DNA of 64,000 nt. It comes from an uncultured Gemmatimonadales bacterium. GTDB lineage: Bacteria > Gemmatimonadota > Gemmatimonadetes > Gemmatimonadales > Gemmatimonadaceae. The notes under the pieces are model-generated. The model was not told where the DNA came from, did not search any database, and was given only the letters and a program-made list of their open reading frames with translations. Every line of letters begins with the position of its first letter. Within the stretch, counting starts at the first letter, position 1. The translations under genes and the position numbers were made by a program. This document shows, in pieces, positions 1 through 10,877 of the stretch. Where the stretch lies: positions 3,136,001 to 3,200,000 of the forward strand of contig CAWKMU010000003.1 of NCBI GenBank assembly GCA_963850905.1. Direction: 5' to 3'.

Positions 1-758
1 ACGACGTGCTCGTGGTGACGACTAGTGGACCAACCGGGCTGGCGGTGATGAACGCCGACGGATCAGGCGTAAGGCCGGTCAACACTGGCGGGCTCGTGGC
101 GCTTCATCCGCAACTCTCGCCTGACCATACGCACATTCTCTTCGACAACCCCCGCGGCGCCTTCGAGGTCAATGTGAATGGGTCGGGACTCACGTCGGTG
201 CCCACGAACATCCCGAGCCCCCAGCACTCCCATCCAATGTGGAGCCCCAATGGTGTGGACTTCCTGGTCGCTTACCTGAACGGGGACTTAACCGCCGTCA
301 TTGCGACGAACGGACCGCTGCCCTTCACAAGTTTCTGTGCTGGGGCCCAGTGGTCCTACTCAGCGGACGGCACGAAACTCGTGTACACCTTCGTGGGGTC
401 ACCGTCGTGCGCGAATCCGGCTCCGTTAGGGGTCTTCGTGCGCGACCTCGATGACACCGTGATAACGCCGTCGGGAACGCCAAGACAGCAGGCAATTTAC
501 GGGACGGAGATCTTGGTAGGCGGAAGCGACCCGTTGTGGTCGCCCGATGGTCAGCATATCGCCGTGACGTACAATGGCCACACGGCGGTGATGGATCCTG
601 ATGGCAACAACGTCAAGATCATCCTCAACAAGAGTTATGGCCGCGTGAGCTGGTCGCCCGACAGTCAGCTGTGGGCGGTCGACAGCGGCTACGTGAACAC
701 CGACGGAACGAATTACGTCGCGGTCAACGGCTGTCCCTGCACGTTTGCTTGGCGCTAA
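1..758 (+). CDS. TolB-like/PD40 (WD40-like) beta-propeller protein, 5'-truncated by the window edge
   Basis: Repeated P-x-W/L-S-P-D-G-type motifs (PQLSPDH, PMWSPNG, PLWSPDG, VSWSPDS) and 'VMNADGSG'. Confidence 0.75.
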   Translation, partial: DVLVVTTSGPTGLAVMNADGSGVRPVNTGGLVALHPQLSPDHTHILFDNPRGAFEVNVNGSGLTSVPTNIPSPQHSHPMWSPNGVDFLVAYLNGDLTAVIATNGPLPFTSFCAGAQWSYSADGTKLVYTFVGSPSCANPAPLGVFVRDLDDTVITPSGTPRQQAIYGTEILVGGSDPLWSPDGQHIAVTYNGHTAVMDPDGNNVKIILNKSYGRVSWSPDSQLWAVDSGYVNTDGTNYVAVNGCPCTFAWR

Positions 759-1330
759 ACTCCAGGCGCCCGATTGCGGCTTTCGCCGCAATAGAGAGTA
801 GCGGAGCAGAAAGTAGAGAGTAGACCACGACAGGTCGCGTAGAGCGGTAGGTGTTGCCTACTTTCTACTTTCTCGTAGGTCTACTTTCTCGGACCCGTCA
901 GGGCCCGCGTGATGGTGAGACCGCGGGTCCCCAGGACGGCCACGTTGTGCCAGTCGACTCCGGGGTGAGGCACCTGCATTGCGAAGTCGAGCCACGCGAT
1001 GGCGCGACGCAGGGTAAAAGCCGCCTCCACGACCGCCGTCGTCACGACACTCGTGTGCCCTCACCAGCGGCTAGCGCCTGCTGAAGGGCAGCAATGGCCT
1101 CGGTGGTCGCTCCGTGATTGGTGGCGAGCCGGGACATGACAAGGGCCGTGTCGCCGCGCGTCCTTGGGCACCGGTTCGGCGAAGACCGTTACCGTGAAAT
1201 GTGATGCTCTTGGATAACGGTTGACACCTGTTCGTATCTCCGTTGAGCGGCGCGCCGATCGCGAGGGGTGCCTGGGCGTTGTTTTCCTATCGGATGTTCC
1301 GAGGCAAGGTGACGTAGGGCAACATCTCGG

Positions 1331-2444
1331 TCACGACGCGAACGGAAAGATACGCTTCCAGTCGTTTTTCATACTGATGACGGTCCAGCCCTTCGCTTTG
1401 GCCTCGTCGTAGAGCGCCTGGCTAAAAGTGCCCACCTGGGTGTTCGGCAGTCCCTGCGCTGGCCCGTACGCATACTCGCGCTGCGCGTCGTCGTGGAGCA
1501 CCAGCATCGCGAGCCGCGCGCCTGTGCCCGCGCTCGAGAACTCCAACATCTGCTGATCATCTGCAGAGGAGTTGCCGAACGCGGCGTATGGGCGGCGACC
1601 GTACATCAACCAGAAGTTCTCGATCTTGCCGGCCCCCAAGTTGTTGAGCAACAGCTTGGGCTGTCGGGTCAGGATGGGCTGCTTCTCGCTGTCGTAGCCG
1701 TACTCGAATGGCTGCTCTGTGCCATTCACCTGCTCCGGAGGGGATGCCATACACGCTCTCCGCGTACTCCCGTACGAAGCTGCCGGTGCCGCCGGTCGCG
1801 ATGAACGTCCTGTAGCCGTTCGCGCGCATGTGGCGCAGGACCTCCAGCATCGGCTGGTACACCAGGTCGGTGTAGGGACGGTTCCACCGGGGATGCTTGG
1901 CTGTTCCGAGCCACTTCGTCACATCGTCCCTGAACGCTTCCACGGTCATCCCGCTCATCGTTGCAATCACAATCTCGAACATGTCCTTCACCGAAAGCTT
2001 CGCAATCGCGTCGCGATTGCCGGACAAAACGGTCGCGAACGGTTCCTTCGTCTTCAGCTCAGGTTTTTCTTTGACGAGGGGACCAACACGAGCGAGGCAG
2101 TAAACGACCTGCGTGTACACGGGATGCTCGACCCAGAGCGTGCCGTCCTGGTCGAACTCGGCAAGCCGGTCAACGAGTGGCACGAAGTGGGGGCTGGCTT
2201 TGTCGGTCGTCTTCTTCACGAAGTCGAGAACGGCCTCTTTGGCGGGTCCGTCGTTCCAGGAGGACAGCGGGTCTCCGGCGGCCGGGGCAGTTTGTGTGGC
2301 GGTGCGCGTTTGAACGTCGCCTCCTGCCGATGCGGTTGTCTTCGTCTGTGGACCACACCCAAGCAATGAACCGAGCCAAGTGCTGCCGAACGCGCTCGCC
2401 AACGCCGCGTTCGCTGACTGCAGGAACATCTGCCGCCGATTCAT
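1331..2444 (-). CDS. HAD-family hydrolase, Tat lipoprotein; frameshift at about 1740-1743
   Basis: MNRRQMFL Tat motif, LLGC lipobox, FDQDGTLW motif I, ATGG motif II. The C-terminal part (AAFGNSSADD, LVLHDDAQREYAYG, ISMKNDWKRIF) continues in ORF 1331..1750; removing one base of the G4 run restores YGIPPEQV. Confidence 0.85.
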
Positions 2445-2515
2445 ACGTCCTCCCGCTGCTGCGCGCGCATCCTGTGTGTTAATCGCGGAAGTCTTAAGTA
2501 ACGCGTCGCCACCAT

Positions 2516-2551
2516 AACAATTGGACATTGGTCAACAATTGGACATTGGTC
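2516..2551. repeat. Perfect 18-bp tandem duplication AACAATTGGACATTGGTC x2 in the divergent HAD/sulfatase intergenic region
   Basis: Read directly: 2516-2533 and 2534-2551. Confidence 0.9.
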
Positions 2552-2943
2552 GTCGATCCAGGTGCCGACTAAACCCCGCGCGCCATTCCCTACCTGACCA
2601 AGGTCGCCTAGTGGGGAGTACCCCGCCCGTCTACGCTGCTAACGATGATGCAGAAGGTGGGCGCGTATCGCGCACGCTCGGTCGGCCGCGCCCGCCTCGC
2701 GAGAAGATGGGGTGAGTGCCACAAACATTTCGATTGGTCACGGTGTTCGCTCCTTGATGGCTCGGCCTCGCTGCTCTAGGGTCGGGCCTTTTTCATCGCT
2801 ACGGCGCTCGCCACTCAGATGAATCTTCTCTCAAAGTGACGGTAGGAGGTGATCCACTCGTGACGCACTACTGATGATGAGTAACAAGGACTCCCGATCG
2901 GATTGAGACGTGGACCCAGGCATTCGCTGAGAAGGAGACAATA

Positions 2944-4572
2944 ATGGCTACAAAACAACCCAACATCCTGTTCATCATGGCCGATGACATCGGCTGGATG
3001 CAGCCGGGCATCTATCACCGGGGGTTGATGGTCGGAGAAACGCCGAACATCGACCGCATTGGGAACGAAGGCGCAATCTTCATGGATTATCTCGGGATGC
3101 AGAGCTGCACGTCCGGACGATGTGCCTTCATCACCGGGATGTTGCCGCTGCGTACCGGGATGATTCCCCCGCAACTCCCGGGAAGTCCATCGTGGCTGCG
3201 AAAGGGCACCCCGCACCTGGCAAGGTTCCTGCGCGATCTGGGCTATAGCACGGGCCAGTTTGGCAAGAATCACCTCGGCGACCACGCCGAGTCTCTACCC
3301 ACGGCGCATGGGTTCGAGGAGTTCTGGGGGTACCTGTACCACCTCGACGCGATGCAGCAGGTGAGCTTCCCCGACATCAACAGCAGTGAGACGGTGCAAG
3401 GCATCGCGCCGGTCTGCAGGAACACGCCGCTCCCCGGCATCGCCGAAGATCCCAACGCGGTAGACCCCGCAACCACAACCTGCCTGACGCCTCCGCGTCC
3501 GGTCCTCTGGTGTCACTCCTCGGACGGCACGCAGAAGAACCAAACGTGCAAGGACGAGGGTCCGATTTCGCTGGAGCGGTCGAAAACGATTGACGAGGAG
3601 ATTTCCGCCAAGGTCATCGACTTCCTTGATCGCAATGACCCGAAGAAGACCAACAAGCCCTTCTTCGTCTGGTATAACCCGGCGCGCATGCACATCACCA
3701 CCATGCTGCCTGACAAGTACATGGACATGGTGGGTACGAAGGGCGGCAAGGACTGGGGCGTCAACGAAGCCGGCATGAAGCAACTGGACGACAACATCGG
3801 ATATGTGCTCCAGAAGCTCGAGGCCATGGGTCAACTGGATAACACCATTGTCGTCTTCACCACGGATAACGGCGCCGAGGCGATCAGTTACCCGGATGGT
3901 GGCGTCACGCCCTTCAAGGGTCAGAAGGGTGAATCATGGGAAGGGGGCTACCGCTGTCCGATGGTCGTCCGCTGGCCGGGTCATATCAAGCCGGGCACGA
4001 TCAAGGACCAGATGTTCGCGGCGCTCGACTGGTTGCCGACGCTGGTAGACATCGCCGGCGGACCCAAGGGCGATGATCTGAAGAAGCAGATCGAGGCCGG
4101 GAAGTATCCCGGCATCGTCAAGACCACGCTCGACGGTTTCAACCAGCGCGCCTATCTCGAAGGCACCTCGAAGAAGTCTGCGCGTGAGACCTTCTTCTAC
4201 TTCTCGGGTGCGACGCCGTCCGCGGTGCGGTACCACAACTGGAAGATGTACTACACCATGTCAGCACCTGGGGCGACTGGCTGGATCATGCCACTCGTTC
4301 CGTTCCACATGACCCTCGTCCAGAACATCAAGCGCGATCCCTTCGAGCAGGCGGTCGGGGAGGATGAAAAGACCGTCAACGGCATTGGAGGCGCGCTTGC
4401 GGGCCCGGTGGGCGCCTATTTCTACGACTGGAACATCCTGCCGATCGGCCAGCAGCTCTGGTACAAGGAGCTCATGTCCTTCAAGGAGTTTCCTCCGATG
4501 CAGGCGCCGGAAACCTGGAACCTGGATGGCATCCTGAAACAAGTGGCAGCGGCTGGCCACCCGAGCGACTAG
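2944..4572 (+). CDS. Arylsulfatase (Cys-type, FGly-dependent)
   Basis: PNILFIMADDIG, SCTSGR sulfatase motif, GKNHLG, FTTDNG, EGGYR; AAGGAG SD upstream. Confidence 0.93.
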   Translation: MATKQPNILFIMADDIGWMQPGIYHRGLMVGETPNIDRIGNEGAIFMDYLGMQSCTSGRCAFITGMLPLRTGMIPPQLPGSPSWLRKGTPHLARFLRDLGYSTGQFGKNHLGDHAESLPTAHGFEEFWGYLYHLDAMQQVSFPDINSSETVQGIAPVCRNTPLPGIAEDPNAVDPATTTCLTPPRPVLWCHSSDGTQKNQTCKDEGPISLERSKTIDEEISAKVIDFLDRNDPKKTNKPFFVWYNPARMHITTMLPDKYMDMVGTKGGKDWGVNEAGMKQLDDNIGYVLQKLEAMGQLDNTIVVFTTDNGAEAISYPDGGVTPFKGQKGESWEGGYRCPMVVRWPGHIKPGTIKDQMFAALDWLPTLVDIAGGPKGDDLKKQIEAGKYPGIVKTTLDGFNQRAYLEGTSKKSARETFFYFSGATPSAVRYHNWKMYYTMSAPGATGWIMPLVPFHMTLVQNIKRDPFEQAVGEDEKTVNGIGGALAGPVGAYFYDWNILPIGQQLWYKELMSFKEFPPMQAPETWNLDGILKQVAAAGHPSD

Positions 4573-4707
4573 GCGAAGAGCGTCAACTCGTAGGGAGCAA
4601 AGTCGAGACTCGAGAGAGTCCGTTCCAACGGACGGCGGAAGCGAGGAAGGGGAGTGCCCTTCCTCGCTTCCTGTCGGGATGCGCCGATTCTCAGAGGCAG
4701 AGGCAAA

Positions 4708-5686
4708 ATGAAATCCCAAATGGCAGAGGGACGTGTCCAACCAACCGATTCGCCGCGCCATCATGATATGACGTGGATACCCGGGGGAACATTCCACATG
4801 GGGTCCGAAGATTTCTATCCCGAAGAGCGGCCAGTGCATGAGGTGAGCGTAGATGGCTTCTGGATGGATTGCCACGAAGTCACCAATGAACAGTTCGCGC
4901 GCTTCGTAGAGGCGACCCGCTATAAGACGCTAGCCGAGCGCCCGCTCAATCCTGCGGACTTCCCTGGCGCCCCTCGCGAGAATCTTGTTCCCGGTTCCAT
5001 GCTCTTTCACAAGACCGACGGGCCGGTCGACACGCGCAACTACGCCAACTGGTGGGCCTGGGTACCGGGAACGAGTTGGCGCCATCCGCTAGGTCCTGCA
5101 TCGTCGCTCGAAACCTTCGCCCAACACCCCGTCGTGCACGTTGCCTATGAAGACGCCGAGGCGTATGCAAACTGGGCCGGCAAAGAATTGCCGACCGAAG
5201 CGGAGTGGGAATTTGCCGCGCGCGGTGGACTTGACGGCAAGACATTCACCTGGGGCGATGAGCCTCTTCGCGATGGCCAGGTGATGGCGAACACTTGGCA
5301 GGGAGAGTTTCCCTGGCAGAACTTCCTCGACGACGGCTATGAAGGGACGTCCCCGGTCGGATCGTTCCCGCCGAACGGATACGGCTTGTACGACATGGCG
5401 GGTAACGTATGGGAATGGACGTGTGATTGGTTCGTGCGGCGCCACGCCGATGAAGTCGGCACGGCGTGCTGTGGCCCTGCAGTCAATCCTCGCATTGTTT
5501 CGCCCGCCAAGAGTTACGATCTCGCGCAGCCCGCAGTTCCGGATTCCGCGCAAAGTCGTCAAAGGCGGCTCGCACTTGTGCGCGCCCAACTACTGCCTCC
5601 GCTATCGTCCCGCGGCTCGGCAGCCACAGATGATCGACTCTGGTATGAGCCACATCGGATTTCGCTGCATTACACGCAAGCGTTGA
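4708..5686 (+). CDS. Formylglycine-generating enzyme (SUMF1/FGE family); frameshift at about 5530
   Basis: F-x-[33 protein letters not shown]-terminal [20 protein letters not shown] and HIGFRC lie in the +1 frame (ORF 5339..5686). Confidence 0.9.
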
Positions 5687-5851
5687 TACGTTGAGACGTG
5701 AAGCCGTCCCATTGGCACACAGCTGGATCAGCCGTCGCGATCACGACCTCGAGCTCGGCACGCCGCAGGCTCGTGTTGACCTTCATCCACGTGGCGCCCC
5801 TCACGAAATGCCCCCCAATCCTCCTGCGAACGCTGTCGACGAGCGTCGTCG

Positions 5852-6928
5852 TCAACGCTCGCGATATTCCTTCCACTCCTTCTCCACGACCTTGGCCATC
5901 GCTTTCGCTGCACCCCGCAACCAGCCGGCGCGCCGCCGACGGACGTCGTCCAGCACACGTTGCCGTTGCCGCGGCGTCCCGAGGTGCACGTTGGCGACAT
6001 CGCTCGCCATGGCACTCAAGAGCACGGTCTCGTCCCGCCGCTTCGGGAGCGACGCGATCTCGATGGGGTTCGCATCGGGTGAGAGGCGGCGAATGAGCCA
6101 CGACCCGATCACACGCTGCACGGGATCCCGTGCGCGCACGGCTGATTGCAACGCCCGGTCGTAGTAGCGCTGGCCATGACGCCGCTCGCCTGCCGCCCAG
6201 GCGCATGCGGACGGCACCACTTCCTTCGCCTCCCGTGCCACACACCCGCCGTCCCACTCAGCGACGGCGACGTACCGCGGCTGACCGAGGCTTCCAGTTC
6301 CAGCCTCTCGCCGGACCACCTTGAACGGCAGGCCGCGAACGGGTAGCGTCGCCGCGAGCGCGCGTCTCGCATCTGCGGGAACGCCATGTCGGGCGCTCGG
6401 CCATCGGTTCACGGTGCTCCAGAAATGGGTCGGCGGCTTGACTACGTCGATACCGAGCTTTTCCAGGTGCTGATGCTCCTCCGCGAGGACGATCGGTCGG
6501 CCGTGCGCACGGAGGGTCGCGGCGTATGCTTCCACGATCGCATCGCACGCGTCGCGCAGCGACAGTCTCAGGTAACCCGCGTCGATGACGATCTTGACGC
6601 TCGTCGCCAACCGCACAAGGTCGTTGGTGTACGGCAACGGATACGCGTCGTCGAAATCGTCCACGCCAAAGCTCAAGCGACCCTCCGCGTCGCGCCACGT
6701 GCCGAAGCTGTCGACATGCAGATCGCCAACGGCAATGACGGTCGGCGCATGACGCAGATCCGCACACTCGGCCGGCCACACCTGCGCCCAGCGATAGAAC
6801 GTGCCCCGCAAAAATACGAAGGTATCATCGCGCATCCGTTCGTGCTTGTCGCGCAGCTGCGACTCCACGACCGGGATTTGCCCGCGCAGCCACGCTTCAT
6901 ACTGCGTGGTCGACTCGCCAATGGTCAT
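5852..6928 (-). CDS. DUF2252 family (kinase-like) protein
   Basis: FVFLRGTFYRW, VGDLHVDSFGTW, GVDDFDDA, AGTGSLG motifs. Confidence 0.8.
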   Translation of the reverse strand: MTIGESTTQYEAWLRGQIPVVESQLRDKHERMRDDTFVFLRGTFYRWAQVWPAECADLRHAPTVIAVGDLHVDSFGTWRDAEGRLSFGVDDFDDAYPLPYTNDLVRLATSVKIVIDAGYLRLSLRDACDAIVEAYAATLRAHGRPIVLAEEHQHLEKLGIDVVKPPTHFWSTVNRWPSARHGVPADARRALAATLPVRGLPFKVVRREAGTGSLGQPRYVAVAEWDGGCVAREAKEVVPSACAWAAGERRHGQRYYDRALQSAVRARDPVQRVIGSWLIRRLSPDANPIEIASLPKRRDETVLLSAMASDVANVHLGTPRQRQRVLDDVRRRRAGWLRGAAKAMAKVVEKEWKEYRER

Positions 6929-7101
6929 GATGCCATGCCGGTGAACCGGCGGAAGTCAGGTAGGATTTCTTTCCTGTCCCTGTCGTGCTGCCATACACGC
7001 TCGCTCTGAGACCACACACCTGCGTAGCGCGAATTCCAGGCCATCGGGGAAAGTGTGCGCACTGGCCATCGGCCCACGTCGTCCGATTGCCATCGTTTGC
7101 T

Positions 7102-7125
7102 CCCTGACCCCTGACCCCTGACCCC
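7102..7125. repeat. Heptamer tandem repeat (CCCTGAC)x3
   Basis: Read directly; minus strand is GGGGTCAGGGGTCAGGGGTCAGGG. Confidence 0.85.
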
Positions 7126-7235
7126 GCCGTTCGCGTTGCTGTGCACCTAAGCCCACTAGTGGCCTGGTTCGCGCCATCCTAGTTCTGCAGTTTGACCTAC
7201 AAGGGCGCGGGGCCCCGGACGCGGGATCGGCGATC

Positions 7236-8532
7236 GTGATGCCAGGGCAGGGTGACGTGACCAAAGGCCTGGCGTCGGTGACCGCGAGGTCTGCGTGCAT
7301 CGCACTCGCCGTATTGCAGTGCCTGGCCGAAGGCATAGCCACAGCACAGCAACCACGGCCAGCGGACACGTCATCGGTCACCGCCAAGGACACATCCGGC
7401 CCGAAGGCGGTGCCGCAGCGCGACATTTGGGATGTCGCCGCGTCCATCCTCCACATTCACAAACCGCTCACGCCACCGGAGAATCCGGATTCCGTGCAGT
7501 CGGCCGTTCTGATTCTGCCGGTGTTCGGGATCACTCCGTCGGCCGGCCTGAGTCTCGGCGCCGGTGTGTCGTACATCGGACGCTTTGGGCCGCCCGGAAC
7601 CACGCGCCTCTCGCAGGCAAATGTGAGTGCGTCTTACAGTACCAAGGGACAACTCAACGTCTCGCTCACTCCGACTCTGTACCTGTCCGCCAATCGATTC
7701 TCAATCGAGGGCGACGTCCGATACTTGAGCTTGACCCAAACGACGTATGGCCTGGGCCCTCTGCACCCGGACAGCGACGCGGACGACATGGGGTTCAACC
7801 AGTTCCGGACCTACGTGACCGGATACGTGAGCGTGGCTAAGGGTCTCTACCTCGGACTCGGCTACCGGCTCGATTACTACTTCAACATCGTCGATCACAA
7901 CGCGATTGCCGGCGAGGCGAGTCCGTACCTCGAGTACAACAACGGCGTGACTATCGCGAGCGCCACCGCCTCTGGCCCCGCCTTGTCAATCGTCTACGAG
8001 ACGCGAGACAACCCGATCAATGCCTCGCGCGGCTACTACGCGCGGCTCGATGTCGTGCAGTACCCCACGTGGATGGGCAATCCCACCACATGGACACTGT
8101 TGCGTTACGATTTCCGGCACTACCTCAGCCTGAATCGCGCCGGCCACACCATTCTTGGCGTTTTGGACGTTCGGCTGGCTCACGACCGCACACCCACCCT
8201 ACCTGAGCCTTCCAGCGATCGGTTGGGACCGCGACGATAACAGTGGTCGAGGCTACGTGCAGGGACAGATCCGCGGCCCGAGCATGCTGTACGGAGAAAC
8301 GGAGCTGCGACAGCAGCTCAGCGCCGACGGCCTGATCGGTGCCGTCGTGTTCGCAAGTCTCACCGCCGCCAACTACCCGACGACGCGATCATTTGGTCCC
8401 GCCAATCCTGCGTACGGCGTCGGAATGCGAATCAAACTCAACAAGAAGTCGGATCAGAACGTGCGCTTCGATCTCGGGTTTACTCCTGCGGGTCCCGCGC
8501 GGTTCTTCCTGGGCGCAAGTGAAGCGTTCTGA
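7236..8532 (+). CDS. BamA/TamA-like (surface antigen D15) outer-membrane beta-barrel; frameshift at about 8155
   Basis: Signal peptide, YETRDNPINASRG, GRGYVQGQIRG, C-terminal FLGASEAF; split between ORFs 7236..8240 and 8155..8532. Start codon uncertain. Confidence 0.78.
8437..8466 (+). repeat. 30-bp direct repeat copy 1 (CTCAACAAGAAGTCGGATCAGAACGTGCGC)
   Basis: Identical to 14090-14119. Confidence 0.92.
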
Positions 8533-8726
8533 CCCAGGCCCGACACGGCGCGCCAGCTTCATGGCGCACGCGCTCCTTCCCGACACGACGAAGCCAAAAA
8601 GCAAGAACGCGTAGCGAGGGCTCACCCCGCCGACGTGAGAGGTGAGACTTCCACGGGGTTCGCGTGGTGTAACCCCTGTGGATGGCTCAGGCGCGCCAGT
8701 GCGCCAGCCGCCGGTGAGGAAACGGG

Positions 8727-10829
8727 ATGCGCTGCCACGCATGTGGACATGAGAACGCTGCGGACGCACGGTTCTGCGGCGAGTGCGGTAGGCCCTTATC
8801 GGGCGGTCCGGTCTCCACCCCTGATCGGGCCGCGCCCTCGTCATGGCGTCGCGTGGCCATCGCCGGCGTCTGCCTGGCAGTGGTAGCAGCCGCCTTTGTT
8901 CTCGTGCGCCGTGCGGCCGCTTCCGCTCGCGGCGGCTCTCCGCCGGCAAACGTGGCCCCGACGGCAGAATCTGATCAGTCGGCCGGGCCGGCCTCACCAT
9001 CGGGGTCCGGCGCGTCATCAAGCGCCGCCGGGACACCCGCGGCGGCACCGGACATGTCGCGTGTGACCGTATCCACGGTTGTCCCCGCTGGCGCAAACAT
9101 TGCCGCGTTGGCAGCAGGCGGCGAGATCGAGAGCATCAACGATGCGTACGGGCCGGGCCACACCGGCCGCCTGCTTCTGGACGGATCGCCGACGACAGTG
9201 TGGACGCCCGACGGCGACAACGTTTATCCCCACGACATTGTGTTTTCGTTCTACAAGCGCGACACCGCACTCGTGTCGAGCCTTGTCCTCAATCCCGCGC
9301 CCGACGGGTGGGGACCTAAGCGGGTCGAGGTCTTCACGACGTCCGACAGCGCGAACGGTGCATTCACGGAAGTGGCGGCAGCTGACGTTACTGATTCGGT
9401 CCCGGTTCAGGCGATCACGTTCCCACCGGTGCTGGCGCGCTACGTCAAACTGCGAGTCGTCGCGGGCCCGGACGCCGCGCTCAAGATCGGCGAGGTGCAG
9501 ATCATCGAGGGGAACCGACCTGGGTATAGCACGCTGCTCGCTCGACATCCCGAGATCGCGAAGTGGAAGTCGAGCGTGCGGTACGCAGCTCAGGCAGGGA
9601 TCGATTGGCTGGAACCTGCCTCAATGGAATGGCAAACGAACTCGCGGTGTTTCGGGTGTCACGTCCAGGCGCAGACCCTCATGGGACTGTCGGTCGCGCA
9701 GAGCAACAACTACGTCGTCAACGCGCGTACGGCACACGACTTGGTCGAGTTCACCCGATCAAAGCAAGACACCGATGGACACGAGGTGGACGCAGGGTCC
9801 GATACGCACTTCACGCCAACGCAATTTGCGGCGATGGGCGTCGCGTACTACGACGAGGCCACCGGCACGAGGGCGGACACAGTGCTGCGCCGGTACGTGC
9901 AATGGCTCACGGGACACGTCAAGCCGACCGGCGAGCTCCAACAGGATATGGAGGAGCCGCCGATCGCACAGGGTTCGTTGATGGGAACAGCCAATGTGGT
10001 CGTCGCCCTGATGGAGGCGTTCGCCCAGACGGGCGATTCTGAATACAAGTCGGCGGCCGATCGCAGCCTGTCGTTTATTGCCGCGACGAAGCCCGTGACG
10101 ACGCAGGACAAGGTCTTCAAGGTCATCGCGCTGTCACGATACGGAACGGCCGAGCAGCGGGATGCCGCATCACACGTGATTCAACAGCTGCAGGCTGAAC
10201 AAATGGCCGATGGCGGGTGGCGTGAGAATCCGTCCCTGCGCGCCTCAAATGCGTTTGCTACGGGTCAGGTCTTGTACGCGTTCAAAGAAGGCGGCGTCAG
10301 TATAGAGGCCCCGACCTTCAGTAACGGGGTCCGGTACCTGATCGCCACCCAGCAGCCGTCCGGGTCCTGGCCACCCGGCGCGACGCAAACGAAGCGGCCG
10401 TCGGAGTTCGCGCCCACCATGTGGGCCGTGATCGGGCTCGCCGGGGCGATCGAGCCGCCGACGGCCGAGTCGATGAAGCTCGACCTCGACAAATACGGCC
10501 GCGTGAGGCTCTACATCAACTTTGACTTCAACAAGGCGACGTTGCGGCCCGACGCAAAGCCGATCATCGGCGAGGTCGCGAAACTCATGAGGCAGAACCC
10601 GGGGCTCGCGCTCGAGATCAATGGCCATACCGACAACGTCGGCACGCACGACTACAACGTCGATCTTTCGCGACGTCGCGCTGCTGCGGTCGTCGACGCG
10701 CTCGTGGCCGCGCGCATCGCACGCGACCAGCTGACGGCCGGCGGGTTCGGCCCCGACCAGCCAATCGCCGACAACGATACGGAAAAAGGCCGCGCCCTCA
10801 ACCGGCGCGTCGAGCTTGTCAAACCCTGA
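8727..10829 (+). CDS. Multidomain membrane protein: double zinc ribbon, TM, discoidin/galactose-binding-like domain, prenyltransferase/squalene-cyclase-like alpha/alpha barrel, OmpA-like peptidoglycan-binding domain
   Basis: CHAC...CGEC; hydrophobic helix; ARYVKLRV; CFGCH and QW-like repeats (QMADGGW, QQPSGSW); INFDFNKATL, GHTDNVG, NVDLSRRRA, NRRVE. Confidence 0.75.
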   Translation: MRCHACGHENAADARFCGECGRPLSGGPVSTPDRAAPSSWRRVAIAGVCLAVVAAAFVLVRRAAASARGGSPPANVAPTAESDQSAGPASPSGSGASSSAAGTPAAAPDMSRVTVSTVVPAGANIAALAAGGEIESINDAYGPGHTGRLLLDGSPTTVWTPDGDNVYPHDIVFSFYKRDTALVSSLVLNPAPDGWGPKRVEVFTTSDSANGAFTEVAAADVTDSVPVQAITFPPVLARYVKLRVVAGPDAALKIGEVQIIEGNRPGYSTLLARHPEIAKWKSSVRYAAQAGIDWLEPASMEWQTNSRCFGCHVQAQTLMGLSVAQSNNYVVNARTAHDLVEFTRSKQDTDGHEVDAGSDTHFTPTQFAAMGVAYYDEATGTRADTVLRRYVQWLTGHVKPTGELQQDMEEPPIAQGSLMGTANVVVALMEAFAQTGDSEYKSAADRSLSFIAATKPVTTQDKVFKVIALSRYGTAEQRDAASHVIQQLQAEQMADGGWRENPSLRASNAFATGQVLYAFKEGGVSIEAPTFSNGVRYLIATQQPSGSWPPGATQTKRPSEFAPTMWAVIGLAGAIEPPTAESMKLDLDKYGRVRLYINFDFNKATLRPDAKPIIGEVAKLMRQNPGLALEINGHTDNVGTHDYNVDLSRRRAAAVVDALVAARIARDQLTAGGFGPDQPIADNDTEKGRALNRRVELVKP

Positions 10830-10877
10830 CCCGGCGGCCGTTCGGTCGTCGGCCCGTTCAATCGACGGGGGTGACTA

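Noticed and set aside
851..1330. Short ORFs between the propeller and HAD genes
   Set aside because: No recognisable motifs; possibly decayed sequence but not supportable
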